Both the position numbers and the translations under genes were made by a program. Under the pieces are notes generated by a model. It was given only the letters and a program-made list of their open reading frames with translations. It searched no databases and was not told where the DNA came from. From positions 870,272 to 934,271 of the forward strand of contig CAWFSO010000005.1 in the NCBI GenBank assembly GCA_963818525.1: a DNA stretch of 64,000 nucleotides. Direction: 5' to 3'. Numbering within the stretch: the stretch's first letter is position 1; the number at the start of each line of letters is the position of its first letter. The DNA is from an uncultured Rikenellaceae bacterium (GTDB taxonomy: Bacteria > Bacteroidota > Bacteroidia > Bacteroidales > VadinHA17). Below are positions 1-10,114 of this stretch, in pieces.

Positions 1-1879
1 CCTCGATATAAGCGGTAACAGTAAATTCCAGCAAGGAAGAAGCCGCAGTGGCCTTCAGGTTATCGGTTGCTACGGCTTTCAGATTGTACGTTCCTGCCGG
101 CAGATCCTTGAGAGTAAATGAATAAGGGGCTGATGTTCTTTCTTCAAGCTTTGCAGTCCCGTTAAATAGTTCCACTTTGGTGATTGAACCGTCCGGGTCA
201 GAAGCATTTATGTCAATGTTAATAGTCGCCGGAGATGTGAATGAACTTCCTTTTGTGGGTGACGCAATACTAATGACTGGCAATTGATTTACAGGTGTGG
301 CTGATTTAATAACTGTAATGGATACAGCAGCAGAGACGGTTTTTGAATTTCCGTTATCAGTCGCTACTGCTGTTAATGAATAGGTCCCTGCGGGGACCTC
401 TTTCCATGTAAAGGAATAAGGAGCTGAAACTTTTTCTCCCAGTTTGACGGTGCCCTGGAAAAACTCCACTTTAATTATCGACCCATCCGGATCAGATGCC
501 GCAGCATCGATGGTAATTGTGGCAGGTGAAGTAAAGGAAGTGCTTTTCGCCGGAGAAGAAATACTGACAACCGGAGGTTGGTTAGCAACAACAGGAGCAG
601 GTGGTATTGTTTCAAAGGCACCGATATCCGGAGCTTGTCCGTTGAAAGGCAAGCCAACATTTATCCCGGCATCAATAAGTGCTGAGTTCTGAGCAGGTCT
701 CAGAAAAGGAAGATCCGGCAAGTCTCCATTATCTTTTCTACTGCCCGAAACACCTGTAGTATCAAGGCTTTGGAAATAAGCATCGGATACATTGCCCATA
801 TTCCATGAATTGTTGGTATTCACATTACAAGGGAAAACATAATCTGCCGGGTTCTTGAATGCCAGATTATTCTTCAGGATGTTTTCCACATCTGGTTGCT
901 GGAAACAAAATCCCTGGCTATTAGTTTTAATTCCATTTCTGAATGCTGTGTTATTATATAATGCACTCTTAAAAGTGCCATATCCGGAGATCGAACTGGA
1001 ATGAAAACCAATCGTATAGTTATCGAATGCCAGACAATTAACTACGGTCCTGAGGATTGAGCTTGTGGATGGAAGACGTTTGATGCCGAGTTTAAAACCT
1101 TCACCATTTCCCCCGTGTTCCCAGGTGTCTGGTTTAAAGCCATTCCGGAATGACCAGCACGATTCAAGGATGACAGAACCATCATACAACCGAAAATCCC
1201 AGCCATCATCACTGTTCCCCCATGCTCTGCAACCCCTGAAAGTATTATTAGTCGATGATGGACTACCAGATTGAAAACCATCTGCCCAGCCAAATGGGAT
1301 TGACGAGTAGGGATCAGCATTATGATGGCTGTCACAGTTAAGAAACAGGTTGTTGCTGCAATTATCACCTATTGTAACACCCCAGCCTCCAATATGGTCA
1401 CTTTCAATTTGTTCAAAGACACAATTACTAACACTATTCCATAGCATTATACCATATTGGGCGATATTGCCAGCGATGGGCTGTTTGATGTTAGTAATCC
1501 TAATACCCTTGATATGCAGGTATTTTACGTTTTCTATCCAGATACCGGCTCTTTGTGTTGTATATGTCGCATCACTATAATTAAGAATGGGCCTTTCATT
1601 TGGGAAATTACAGATGACAATAAGATCAGATGGCGATCCGTTCTTATTTCTTAAGAAAGTTGTGGCAGGCATTATTGAGTTGTTGTAAGTACCTCCTCTC
1701 AAGAAAATAGTATCTCCGGCTCCAATAGCAGACCACGCCTTATTTAAAGTCTTAAATGGTAATTCTTTGCTTCCCCGGTTGCTATCATTTCCTGTGGTTG
1801 AAATATAATAGGTAGAAGCATAGGAAATGGTAGTAAGTGACAGGCATAGAATAGTGAGTAAACGCTTAAATGAAATCAC
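1..1879 (-). CDS. Secreted right-handed beta-helix protein (PL9/PelL pectate-lyase-like) with two bacterial Ig-like domains; 3' end runs off the window
   Basis: Not in the ORF track because it has no stop in the window. My translation from GTG at 1879 gives signal peptide MISFKRLLTILCLSLTTISYA, then STYYISTTGNDSNRGSKELPFKT, GDTIFLRGGTY, PL9-like CRAWGNSDDGWDF and GNGEGFKLG. Ig repeats follow (ASDPDGSIIKVEFFQG...TYSLTAVATDN). The frame at the window start matches the frame of the start codon. Confidence 0.8.
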   Translation of the reverse strand, partial: MISFKRLLTILCLSLTTISYASTYYISTTGNDSNRGSKELPFKTLNKAWSAIGAGDTIFLRGGTYNNSIMPATTFLRNKNGSPSDLIVICNFPNERPILNYSDATYTTQRAGIWIENVKYLHIKGIRITNIKQPIAGNIAQYGIMLWNSVSNCVFEQIESDHIGGWGVTIGDNCSNNLFLNCDSHHNADPYSSIPFGWADGFQSGSPSSTNNTFRGCRAWGNSDDGWDFRLYDGSVILESCWSFRNGFKPDTWEHGGNGEGFKLGIKRLPSTSSILRTVVNCLAFDNYTIGFHSSSISGYGTFKSALYNNTAFRNGIKTNSQGFCFQQPDVENILKNNLAFKNPADYVFPCNVNTNNSWNMGNVSDAYFQSLDTTGVSGSRKDNGDLPDLPFLRPAQNSALIDAGINVGLPFNGQAPDIGAFETIPPAPVVANQPPVVSISSPAKSTSFTSPATITIDAAASDPDGSIIKVEFFQGTVKLGEKVSAPYSFTWKEVPAGTYSLTAVATDNGNSKTVSAAVSITVIKSATPVNQLPVISIASPTKGSSFTSPATINIDINASDPDGSITKVELFNGTAKLEERTSAPYSFTLKDLPAGTYNLKAVATDNLKATAASSLLEFTVTAYIE

Positions 1880-1896
1880 AAGCAGTGAGTTTAAAA

Positions 1897-1942
1897 TTTG
1901 ACTAACACATGAAATTTAACGACGAATATATAATATTGTTAC
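1897..1942 (-). promoter_or_regulatory. Putative ECF-sigma-type promoter (GTAAC-N13-CGTC) plus conserved leader GTGTTAGTCAAA, copy 1
   Basis: Minus strand reads GTAACAAT-N8-TTCGTCGT-N10-GTGTTAGTCAAA. The same blocks and spacing occur at 34818-34863. Confidence 0.55.
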
Positions 1943-2055
1943 ACGAACGGTCATTTTTTTCTGCCGCAAAATAATTATTCGGACCCAATTGAAGAAGAAA
2001 AAAGGAAGTATTAATTAACAAGTTATTAGCTGCACATGAGAGAGTGTGTAAATAG

Positions 2056-2937
2056 ATGTTTTTGAAAATTTATGATAAAATGACTGAGCAAAAGCAAGAT
2101 TTTGAATTATTAATTGAGCCACATGGCAAGCTGTTTTATTTCAATTTTAAGGAGATATGGCAATATAGAGACTTGCTTGAAATGTATATCAAAAGGGATA
2201 TAGTAACCTTTTACAAGCAGACTATCCTCGGACCTATATGGTTTTTTATTCAGCCAATTTTCACAACAATTGTATTTATGTTTGTATTTGGTGGTCTAGC
2301 AAAAATACCAACCGACGGTATCCCGCAGCCATTATTTTATCTATCTGGTATAACGCTATGGAACTATTTCTCCGAATCTCTTACGAAGACCTCCGATACT
2401 TTTTTAACTAACCAGGCTATTTTTGGCAAAGTATATTTCCCTCGTTTGATTGCCCCATTATCCGTAACTATAACAGGACTGATTAAAATGTTTATACAAT
2501 TTGGGGTTTTTATTATAGTGTATATTTATTTTGTTGTGAAAGGAACTGAGGTCAGTCCCAATATATACGCCTTGTTATTTCCGGTGCTTGTTTTCATACT
2601 TGCCTGTTTGACTCTTGGTTTTGGTATAATAATCTCTTCACTTACAACAAAATACAGGGATCTTAAATTTCTAATTGCATTTGCCATTCAGTTATGGATG
2701 TATGCCACTCCGGTTATTTATCCGTTATCAGTTATGTCTGGAAGCCCAAAGTATATGTGGCTTATACAAGCCAATCCAATAACTTCGGTAATGGAGACAT
2801 TTAAGTTTGGTTTTCTGGGTCAAGGTACCTTCTCCTGGCTGTCTCTTGGTTACAGCTTTCTCTTTTCAATTATTGTTTTATTAGCCGGGATAGTTATCTT
2901 CAACAGGGTTGAGAGGAGTTTCATGGATGTAATTTAA
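2056..2937 (+). CDS. wzm: Polysaccharide ABC transporter permease (alternative start 2080)
   Basis: ABC-2 motifs RDIVTFYKQTILGPIW, KVYFPRL, YRDLK and WMYATPVIYP; directly upstream of wzt. Confidence 0.92.
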   Translation: MFLKIYDKMTEQKQDFELLIEPHGKLFYFNFKEIWQYRDLLEMYIKRDIVTFYKQTILGPIWFFIQPIFTTIVFMFVFGGLAKIPTDGIPQPLFYLSGITLWNYFSESLTKTSDTFLTNQAIFGKVYFPRLIAPLSVTITGLIKMFIQFGVFIIVYIYFVVKGTEVSPNIYALLFPVLVFILACLTLGFGIIISSLTTKYRDLKFLIAFAIQLWMYATPVIYPLSVMSGSPKYMWLIQANPITSVMETFKFGFLGQGTFSWLSLGYSFLFSIIVLLAGIVIFNRVERSFMDVI

Positions 2938-2949
2938 GTCTGTAAATCG

Positions 2950-4215
2950 ATGAGGGATATAGCAATTAAGTTCGATAATATTTCAAAGCAATATCGGTTG
3001 GGCAGTATAGGTACCGGTACGCTTAGTCATGATTTAAAACGGTGGTGGACAATTAACATACTTAAGAAAGAGGATCCGTATTTAAAAATAGGGCAGGTAA
3101 ATGATCACGATGATAAAAACTCAGATGGCATAATTTGGGCGTTGCGCAATATTGATCTTGAAGTGAAACAGGGTGAAGTGCTGGGAATCATTGGGAAAAA
3201 CGGTGCCGGCAAATCAACACTTCTGAAAATATTATCACGGGTGACAACCCCAACAACTGGCCGGATCATGGCGCATGGACGGATAGCTTCACTGCTTGAG
3301 GTAGGTACAGGATTTCATCCTGAAATGACGGGACGAGAGAACATATTCATGAATGGATCGATAATGGGTATGACAAAAGCTGAGATCAGGTCCAGGTTTG
3401 ATGAAATTGTTGATTTTGCAGGTGTTGCGAAATATATTGAAACTCCGGTTAAGCGCTACAGCAGTGGAATGACCGTTCGTTTGGGTTTTGCTATTGCAGC
3501 TCATTTGGAACCTGAGATTTTGGTTGTAGATGAAGTATTGGCTGTCGGAGATGCAGAATTCCAGAAGAAGGCAATTGGTAAAATGCAGGACGTAAGCCAG
3601 TCCAAAGGCAGAACTGTGCTATTTGTAAGTCATAATATGAATGCAGTGAGATCATTATGTTCGAGCTGCATAGTCTTGAAGAACGGACAGGTCATATTTA
3701 ATGGCGGTACAGAAGAGGCAATAAATCAGTATATTAATGTCGATCCTATGAAAACAGACGACATTATTAATTTTATCTCGTACAAAAGCCCTGAACTTAA
3801 AATTGATTCAATTTCTGTTAACGGATCACAATCAAATTACCTGCACCTTGAATCGGATAATACACTTTTAGACATCTGCATAGAAGGATATCTGGAGTCT
3901 GAGAAGGTACTTACTGTTGAACTTGAGATGTTTGATGTAAACAATAATCGAGTTGCATTTTACGGCCCCGGGATGGTTAATGGTATATTGCCAAAATTTC
4001 AAACCGGAGCCTTTAACCTGAATGAAAAAATTGTCATTCCTAAGAACCTGGCTGGAGGCCTATACTATCTGGATATCAATATTACACACCCCTACATTGC
4101 CTATTATCTTAAGGTTACGAGATGCCTCCAGATTGAATATATTGGCTACCAATTTGCTTCTGGTCAGAACGACTATAAATTAAGAGGTTACTACATCCTC
4201 GATTCTGCAAAATGA
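2950..4215 (+). CDS. wzt: Polysaccharide ABC transporter ATPase with C-terminal extension (Wzt-C-like)
   Basis: Walker A GKNGAGKST, signature YSSGM, Walker B ILVVDEVLAVGD, H-loop VSH, then an extra C-terminal domain of about 160 aa. Confidence 0.93.
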   Translation: MRDIAIKFDNISKQYRLGSIGTGTLSHDLKRWWTINILKKEDPYLKIGQVNDHDDKNSDGIIWALRNIDLEVKQGEVLGIIGKNGAGKSTLLKILSRVTTPTTGRIMAHGRIASLLEVGTGFHPEMTGRENIFMNGSIMGMTKAEIRSRFDEIVDFAGVAKYIETPVKRYSSGMTVRLGFAIAAHLEPEILVVDEVLAVGDAEFQKKAIGKMQDVSQSKGRTVLFVSHNMNAVRSLCSSCIVLKNGQVIFNGGTEEAINQYINVDPMKTDDIINFISYKSPELKIDSISVNGSQSNYLHLESDNTLLDICIEGYLESEKVLTVELEMFDVNNNRVAFYGPGMVNGILPKFQTGAFNLNEKIVIPKNLAGGLYYLDINITHPYIAYYLKVTRCLQIEYIGYQFASGQNDYKLRGYYILDSAK

Positions 4216-5492
4216 TGAAAATATCTGAGAGCAAAGGAAATGCATTAAAAAGAGTGCCCTCAGAACAAAGGGAGAAAATGTCCGGAGCACTAATATACTC
4301 ACCCGGATTTGACGGACACCGACAAATCTGGATTTATGTCCTTTCACAAATTCTTAATGAACTGGGATATAAAGTCTACATTGCCGGAAACACGGAACAA
4401 AAGGTCTCAAATTCCTTTTACATCAACGAATTAAGCAAATGGGCCAATGTTAAAATAATTAATACAGGCAATTTTGCTGAGGGTGGGTTAAAAATTTCGC
4501 ATGCACAGTTGCGTGCATTACAGGATGAGTTATCTGTTGACATAACCATTTTACCTGAGGCTGATCATCATCTGGAATTGCTTACTTCCCAAATTCCACG
4601 GAAGAAAAAGTCGCTTCGGGGAAAGGTGTATGGGATTTTTTTAAGACCGTTTTATTACTATCAACCCAGGGGTACCAGGGACAAACTCAGATTTATAAAA
4701 CATTTTCGCTCACGGTGGAAAAAGGATGACAGATTCTTTCATGAATGGTTATTGGATCGTTTCTCATTGATGGACCGAGCGTTGTATCTAGATGAAAAAT
4801 ACGTTATTAATCATCCGAGGAGATATTGGATACCAGATATGTTTCAGCAATATGCTGATATGATAATACAGAAGGAGGAACCTGACCAAAGGCTTTGGAT
4901 TGAAAAACTGGAAAACTTCAAGCTGAAAAATAAGGGACGGTTTATGTTTTTATACTTTGGGACCGCACAATTCAGGAGGGGTTACGATGTTGTTATGGAT
5001 ATGGCTCTCAGATATGATGGTTGTTTTATTCATTGCGGACTTCAAAGCAATAAGGAGAAGTATTTGCACAATGTCGATGAAATGAGAAGTATCCTTACTG
5101 AAAGGGGTGCCTTATTCGAAACTAACCAGTATATCGAAGATCCTTTATGCGTAGAGACATTTTTCAGATCTGCAACACATCTCATTCTCCCGTATCGGAA
5201 TTTCTTTGGTTCCAGTGGAGTGATGCTCCAGGCATTAAGCTATGGTATTCCTGTTCTGGCACCAGACAAGGGAATTATTGGCCACAGGATAGAAAAGTAT
5301 GGACTGGGAACTACTTATAGTGACAGTAATCCTGAAGGACTTCATTCCCAGTTTGTTAAATTCACAACCACCAAGCCGGACCAATATCAACAAAGTATCT
5401 GCAACTATATGACCTTTCAGACTGCAGCAAATCTGAAAAAGACCCTTTTAGAAATTCTAACAGATAGTGATGTAACAACCAGGATACCTTAA
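4212..5492 (+). CDS. GT-B fold glycosyltransferase (GT4-like)
   Basis: LYFGTAQFRRGYD and ILPYRNFFGSSGVMLQALSYGIPVLAPD resemble the GT4 C-terminal nucleotide-binding segment. Confidence 0.7.
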   Translation: MMKISESKGNALKRVPSEQREKMSGALIYSPGFDGHRQIWIYVLSQILNELGYKVYIAGNTEQKVSNSFYINELSKWANVKIINTGNFAEGGLKISHAQLRALQDELSVDITILPEADHHLELLTSQIPRKKKSLRGKVYGIFLRPFYYYQPRGTRDKLRFIKHFRSRWKKDDRFFHEWLLDRFSLMDRALYLDEKYVINHPRRYWIPDMFQQYADMIIQKEEPDQRLWIEKLENFKLKNKGRFMFLYFGTAQFRRGYDVVMDMALRYDGCFIHCGLQSNKEKYLHNVDEMRSILTERGALFETNQYIEDPLCVETFFRSATHLILPYRNFFGSSGVMLQALSYGIPVLAPDKGIIGHRIEKYGLGTTYSDSNPEGLHSQFVKFTTTKPDQYQQSICNYMTFQTAANLKKTLLEILTDSDVTTRIP

Positions 5493-5502
5493 AACTGATG
5501 AG

Positions 5503-6861
5503 ATGATCGAGCTTTTCAAACAAGCGTTTCCATATCTGCTCTTATTGTTCTTCCTGGTCCGGGGGTTTAGAAACCCCATTTATTTTCTGGGGATTTCTTT
5601 TCTTATGTACATGAGTGAATCAATTTTTTTTGAGACTGTTAAAATCTTTCAGGTACCAGGTCGTATACTGCCTGCACTCAAGCTGATATGGATGGTAATT
5701 TTTTGGATATTGCCCTTTTTGTTTTATTTGTATGTTGGAAAGCAAATCAAAAGGAGGGCACAGACAATAGGCACTCTGGATTATCTTGTCATTTTCCTGA
5801 TGATAGTTACAACTATAGGGTTCATTACTGCCCTGATCGATTATCCTGTAGTAAAAGGTGTTGTCATGGAATTCTTCATCCTGCTATCTCTTTTCATTGG
5901 ATATTTTATCATAAGGGATTGGAGCTTTTCATGCAGCCTTGAAGTTTTGAAAGGATTTCTATTCAGCATCATAGTGATCAACACAATTAGTGCACTGTTT
6001 TATATTCTTCATCAGGGAGCCAGTTTGGCAATCTATGATATCGAAGAATATATAGAGGAAGTATTTGGGGGAGAGATGATTACACGAAGCTTCTGGTTTA
6101 TGCCCCAGTTTCTCTTTTTTTCGTTGGCATTTTTGTTAGTCTTCAGATCTGAACGTCCTGTCTTTTACACCTTAATGCTTGTAATAAACCTTGGAGCCAT
6201 TTTTATCACTTATTCAAGGTCCACATTGCTCGTTGCGCTTTTCCTTATCATAATCTACTTTGTCATCCTTGGAATAAGGGAAAACAAAATGGATACCGTG
6301 TTGAAGAACATTTTCATTTACAGTATTATTGCAATAATGAGCATTTTCGTGATCGTAAAAATTTTCCCAACTAATGCCAAATACTTCGAGGACCGATTTG
6401 CAGAATTGACTGAAGACCGTTCCCCGTTTCAGATAAACAGTCTTCAATACCGGTTTGAGAGAACCATTGGAGTAATTGAAGATATTAATATAAATAGAAT
6501 CGTTTTCGGCATGGGGCCTGTAACAGAGGAACAGGAACCAGAGGTACCTTTAGTGAAATCGATCACTTCTGACCTGGTTTGGACAGGAGTGGGATACCGC
6601 TGGGGTCTGATCGGGTTTTTGCTTTTCATTTTGTTGTACATCTATTCGTTTATCAAATCATTTAAAGTATTCATGAATAATACCGGGCTTATGTCCAATC
6701 TTGCCTTCATGCTGATGATCGTCATTATATCACAGGTACTTGAAGGAATTACATCATGGACCTTCCTTTCAGGGCATGGGTATGTTACTGGCTTGTGGTA
6801 TTTTGCCCTGGTTGCTGTCTTAGATGACAAAGCCACTCAAATGTCAAAACAATCAAAATAA
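5503..6861 (+). CDS. Multi-pass membrane protein, O-antigen ligase/Wzy polymerase-like
   Basis: About 11-12 hydrophobic segments, TYSRS motif, periplasmic loop SLQYRF..VFGMG; lies in a polysaccharide operon. Confidence 0.7.
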   Translation: MIELFKQAFPYLLLLFFLVRGFRNPIYFLGISFLMYMSESIFFETVKIFQVPGRILPALKLIWMVIFWILPFLFYLYVGKQIKRRAQTIGTLDYLVIFLMIVTTIGFITALIDYPVVKGVVMEFFILLSLFIGYFIIRDWSFSCSLEVLKGFLFSIIVINTISALFYILHQGASLAIYDIEEYIEEVFGGEMITRSFWFMPQFLFFSLAFLLVFRSERPVFYTLMLVINLGAIFITYSRSTLLVALFLIIIYFVILGIRENKMDTVLKNIFIYSIIAIMSIFVIVKIFPTNAKYFEDRFAELTEDRSPFQINSLQYRFERTIGVIEDININRIVFGMGPVTEEQEPEVPLVKSITSDLVWTGVGYRWGLIGFLLFILLYIYSFIKSFKVFMNNTGLMSNLAFMLMIVIISQVLEGITSWTFLSGHGYVTGLWYFALVAVLDDKATQMSKQSK

Positions 6862-6870
6862 GGCCGGTTA

Positions 6871-7938
6871 ATGGAATTTCCCAGAATAACTTTCGGTATA
6901 ATAGTGCTCAATGGTGAGCCTTTTACTCGCTATTGCCTGCGTTCACTGTATAGATATGCTTATGAAATTATAGTAGTTGAGGGGGGGCATGAAGATGCCA
7001 AATCCGTTTGTACTCCAGACGGCCACTCTGTTGATGGGACTTTGGAAACGCTCTACAATTTTAAAAAGGAGGAGGATCCCGAAAACAAGCTGCAGATCAT
7101 CACAAAAACAGGATTCTGGCCTAAGACTGACGAACTGGGAAGGCACAGGACTCCACAATCCAGAGCATATGCTGAAAGGGCTACAGGGGATTATCTCTGG
7201 CAGATCGATATAGATGAGTTCTACAAGAATGAAGACATGGATGCAATCTTTAAGATGCTGAAGCAGGATCCATCAATCAGTGGCATTACCTTTCCGTTCA
7301 TAAATTTTTGGGGAGACATTCATTATAGAATCGAAGGATGGAAATTTCTAAGAGGAGGATCATATTGCCACCGTGTTTTTAAATGGGGTCCCGGATATTC
7401 ATATCTGACACATGAACCACCAACAATCCTTAATGAAAAAGGGACTGATCTGAGAATGTTGAATTGGATCAATGGAAAAAGAATGATGAGGAAAGGTATC
7501 TTTATGTATCACTATTCTCATCTTTTCCCCTGGCAGGTCCGACAAAAGGTCCAGGTTTATAAGGACGAAAAACCGGATAACTGCTCTGAAATCATTGAAT
7601 GGGCAAATAACAACTACTTTCAAATTTCCAATCCTTTCAATATTGAAAGACATTACTGGATGCCAAGTTGGCTGGAATACTTCAGGGGTAGTCATCCGAT
7701 TGAAGTGGAAAAGATGATTAAGGATGTCAGATCCGGAGTCTTAAATACCGAAATGAGAGATAACTCTGATGCAGAACGGATACTTTCAGACCAAACCTAC
7801 AGAATCAAGGCAAGATGGATGAAGGTTCTCAATATCTGGGACCTTTACACAAAAAAAATATTGTTTCAGGCTAGCCGAGTAAAAAACATCCCCGGTAAGC
7901 TAGCTCGGATAGCAGGCCGGAATTTGAAATCTGAATGA
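6871..7938 (+). CDS. Glycosyltransferase family 2
   Basis: ITFGIIVLNGE, EIIVVEGG, SVDGT and ATGDYLWQIDIDE (DxD). Confidence 0.8.
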   Translation: MEFPRITFGIIVLNGEPFTRYCLRSLYRYAYEIIVVEGGHEDAKSVCTPDGHSVDGTLETLYNFKKEEDPENKLQIITKTGFWPKTDELGRHRTPQSRAYAERATGDYLWQIDIDEFYKNEDMDAIFKMLKQDPSISGITFPFINFWGDIHYRIEGWKFLRGGSYCHRVFKWGPGYSYLTHEPPTILNEKGTDLRMLNWINGKRMMRKGIFMYHYSHLFPWQVRQKVQVYKDEKPDNCSEIIEWANNNYFQISNPFNIERHYWMPSWLEYFRGSHPIEVEKMIKDVRSGVLNTEMRDNSDAERILSDQTYRIKARWMKVLNIWDLYTKKILFQASRVKNIPGKLARIAGRNLKSE

Positions 7939-7942
7939 TACA

Positions 7943-8785
7943 ATGAATACTACTCTGAAACAAAAACTTCCCCCTGACAGGAGTTATGAACAGATTTTAA
8001 ATCATTATCTGGTTGAAAAGTCCATCGCGGAAAAGCTTAAAGCCTCAGATCGCGATGGGCGAAAAATGGTCTTCTCTGGCATGTATGACGAATTGTTCGC
8101 TAAAGTACCTGATCATCCCAGACTGACAAGAAGGAAGTCCGATGAGATGTCGAAGAGGGAGAACAGATTGAAATTCAGACTTATTAACAGATTCCTTAAA
8201 GATAATTCAACGTTTGTAGAGTTTGCTCCGGGAGATTGCAGGTTTGCTGTTGAAGTTGCAAAGAAGGTCAGGAATGTCTTCGGAGTTGATATTTCCGATC
8301 AGCGGGATCCATCAACGATTAATCCTGAAAACTTCAGATTGATAGTATACGATGGCTATAATCTCCCTGAAATAAAACAGAATACTATAGACATCGTCTT
8401 TAGCTACCAGTTGATTGAACATCTGCATCCTGAAGATACACAATATCATTTTGAACTTGTTCGGAATATATTGAAGCCCGGAGGGAAATATGTTTTTCAG
8501 ACTCCTCATGCCACATCAGGCCCTTATGATATTTCAATGTTCTTTTCCGATGAACCTGAAGGCTTTCACTTAAAGGAGTGGACCTATACGGAAGTTAAAG
8601 CGCTTGTTAAGAATTTGGGCTTCTCTTCCTTTCAGACAAGGTTTTCTTCGTTGGGGATTGATCTGAGATTACCCTGTTTCTACTTTTACATACTTGAGAG
8701 AATTCTCACCAATCTCCCTAAACGAAGGGTTAGGAAAATTTCTAAGCGTTTAATTCCTATGTTATATGCTGTGGCTATCAAATAA
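7943..8785 (+). CDS. Class I SAM-dependent methyltransferase
   Basis: VEFAPGDC (motif I variant), GVDIS, DIVFSYQLIEHL, ILKPGG. Confidence 0.85.
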   Translation: MNTTLKQKLPPDRSYEQILNHYLVEKSIAEKLKASDRDGRKMVFSGMYDELFAKVPDHPRLTRRKSDEMSKRENRLKFRLINRFLKDNSTFVEFAPGDCRFAVEVAKKVRNVFGVDISDQRDPSTINPENFRLIVYDGYNLPEIKQNTIDIVFSYQLIEHLHPEDTQYHFELVRNILKPGGKYVFQTPHATSGPYDISMFFSDEPEGFHLKEWTYTEVKALVKNLGFSSFQTRFSSLGIDLRLPCFYFYILERILTNLPKRRVRKISKRLIPMLYAVAIK

Positions 8786-8804
8786 ATGACTTGTCTGATC
8801 CCGA

Positions 8805-9956
8805 TTGATAACCAGATTATCTCTTGCAAAAGGAAAAAATTTGACTTCACTGAATCAAAATAAAATCAGGATTTGCTTTATCCTTTCACATCTGCCTCAG
8901 GGAGGAGCTGAGAGACAGACTATTAACCTGATCCGTTTCCTTGATCCTGCAAGGTTTGATATCACCCTGCTCCTTTATGCAAACCGGGAGGTATTTTACC
9001 GTGAGGTCTTTGATCTGCCTGTGACTATCATTTCAAAATCAGAGGTAAAAAAGGGTAAAATAATCAAGAACCTCGCCGGTGCTCTGTTTCTCAGAAGAAC
9101 CCTAAAAGAGAATGAGTACGATATTCTTCATACACTCTTGCATCACAATGGATTCTGGGTAAGGCTTCTTGCTCCGGGGGAATATGCTAACCGGATAGTC
9201 TACTCAATCAGAAACAGCCTCGGAGTATCAACTTTCATGGAGCGCTTGATTGAAAAGATCTTCTGTGGAAAGGGGGTTGTGGTCACTAATAGCAAGGGTG
9301 TTATGGAGCAATACTTAAAGCTCGTTGGGGAGAAACACAGGGCAAAAGTAAGAACCATTTATAATGGGATAGACATTGAACGATTTACGTCCCTCTCCAT
9401 ACCAAAATCCCGGGATAAAATAATTATCGGAAATGTGGGACGACAAACAGCTCTGAAAAATCAAATTCAGATTTTACGCGCTGCAAAAGTTATATGCATG
9501 GAGTACCCGGCACACTTCATAATAGTTGGAGACAGCGATCAGGACAGTCATACTTTCAATCGTAAGTACATTGCAGATAACGGGCTGGGAGACTGCGTGA
9601 CTATTCAGGGGTCTCAGTATGATATTGAAAACTACTATAAGAAATTCAACATCTTCATCTTATCTTCTGTGTCTGAAAGTTGCCCGAACGCACTCTTTGA
9701 AGCAATGCTGTCAGGATGTTTATGCATTGTCTCTGAAGGAGCGAATAGTGATCAGTTTATTAAAGACGGGCAGAACGGATTTGTATATGATGGATCGGAT
9801 GGGATGCTCATCGAAAAAGTTCGGATGGCCATAGGCTTTTTAAAGACAGGAGAAGCAAAAGCTATTCAGGAGAATGGCCGGGATTATGTTATCAAAAACT
9901 TCTCAATGATAAACATGTTAAAGGAATACGTGAAACTTTATGATTCTCTGGCATGA
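8805..9956 (+). CDS. Glycosyltransferase family 4
   Basis: GGAERQ, IYNGID, VGR...KN, ESCPNALFEAM. Confidence 0.88.
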   Translation: MITRLSLAKGKNLTSLNQNKIRICFILSHLPQGGAERQTINLIRFLDPARFDITLLLYANREVFYREVFDLPVTIISKSEVKKGKIIKNLAGALFLRRTLKENEYDILHTLLHHNGFWVRLLAPGEYANRIVYSIRNSLGVSTFMERLIEKIFCGKGVVVTNSKGVMEQYLKLVGEKHRAKVRTIYNGIDIERFTSLSIPKSRDKIIIGNVGRQTALKNQIQILRAAKVICMEYPAHFIIVGDSDQDSHTFNRKYIADNGLGDCVTIQGSQYDIENYYKKFNIFILSSVSESCPNALFEAMLSGCLCIVSEGANSDQFIKDGQNGFVYDGSDGMLIEKVRMAIGFLKTGEAKAIQENGRDYVIKNFSMINMLKEYVKLYDSLA

Positions 9957-10114
9957 GAAAATCGATTGTGATGACGTTAATTACTCAGTTTTGCAGTAAG
10001 AGCTACACAACTAAGTATTGTCAACTTGCTGGTTCCAGTGATCCGGAAATCGCAACAGCTCCAGCCACATGCCTGGAGTACGTATTGCATTGTTAAAATG
10101 GACAGTATATTTTA

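Noticed and set aside
1880..2056. Invertible (phase-variable) capsule promoter
   Set aside because: I saw no flanking inverted repeats or recombinase. The repeated 46-bp motif is in direct orientation and 33 kb away.
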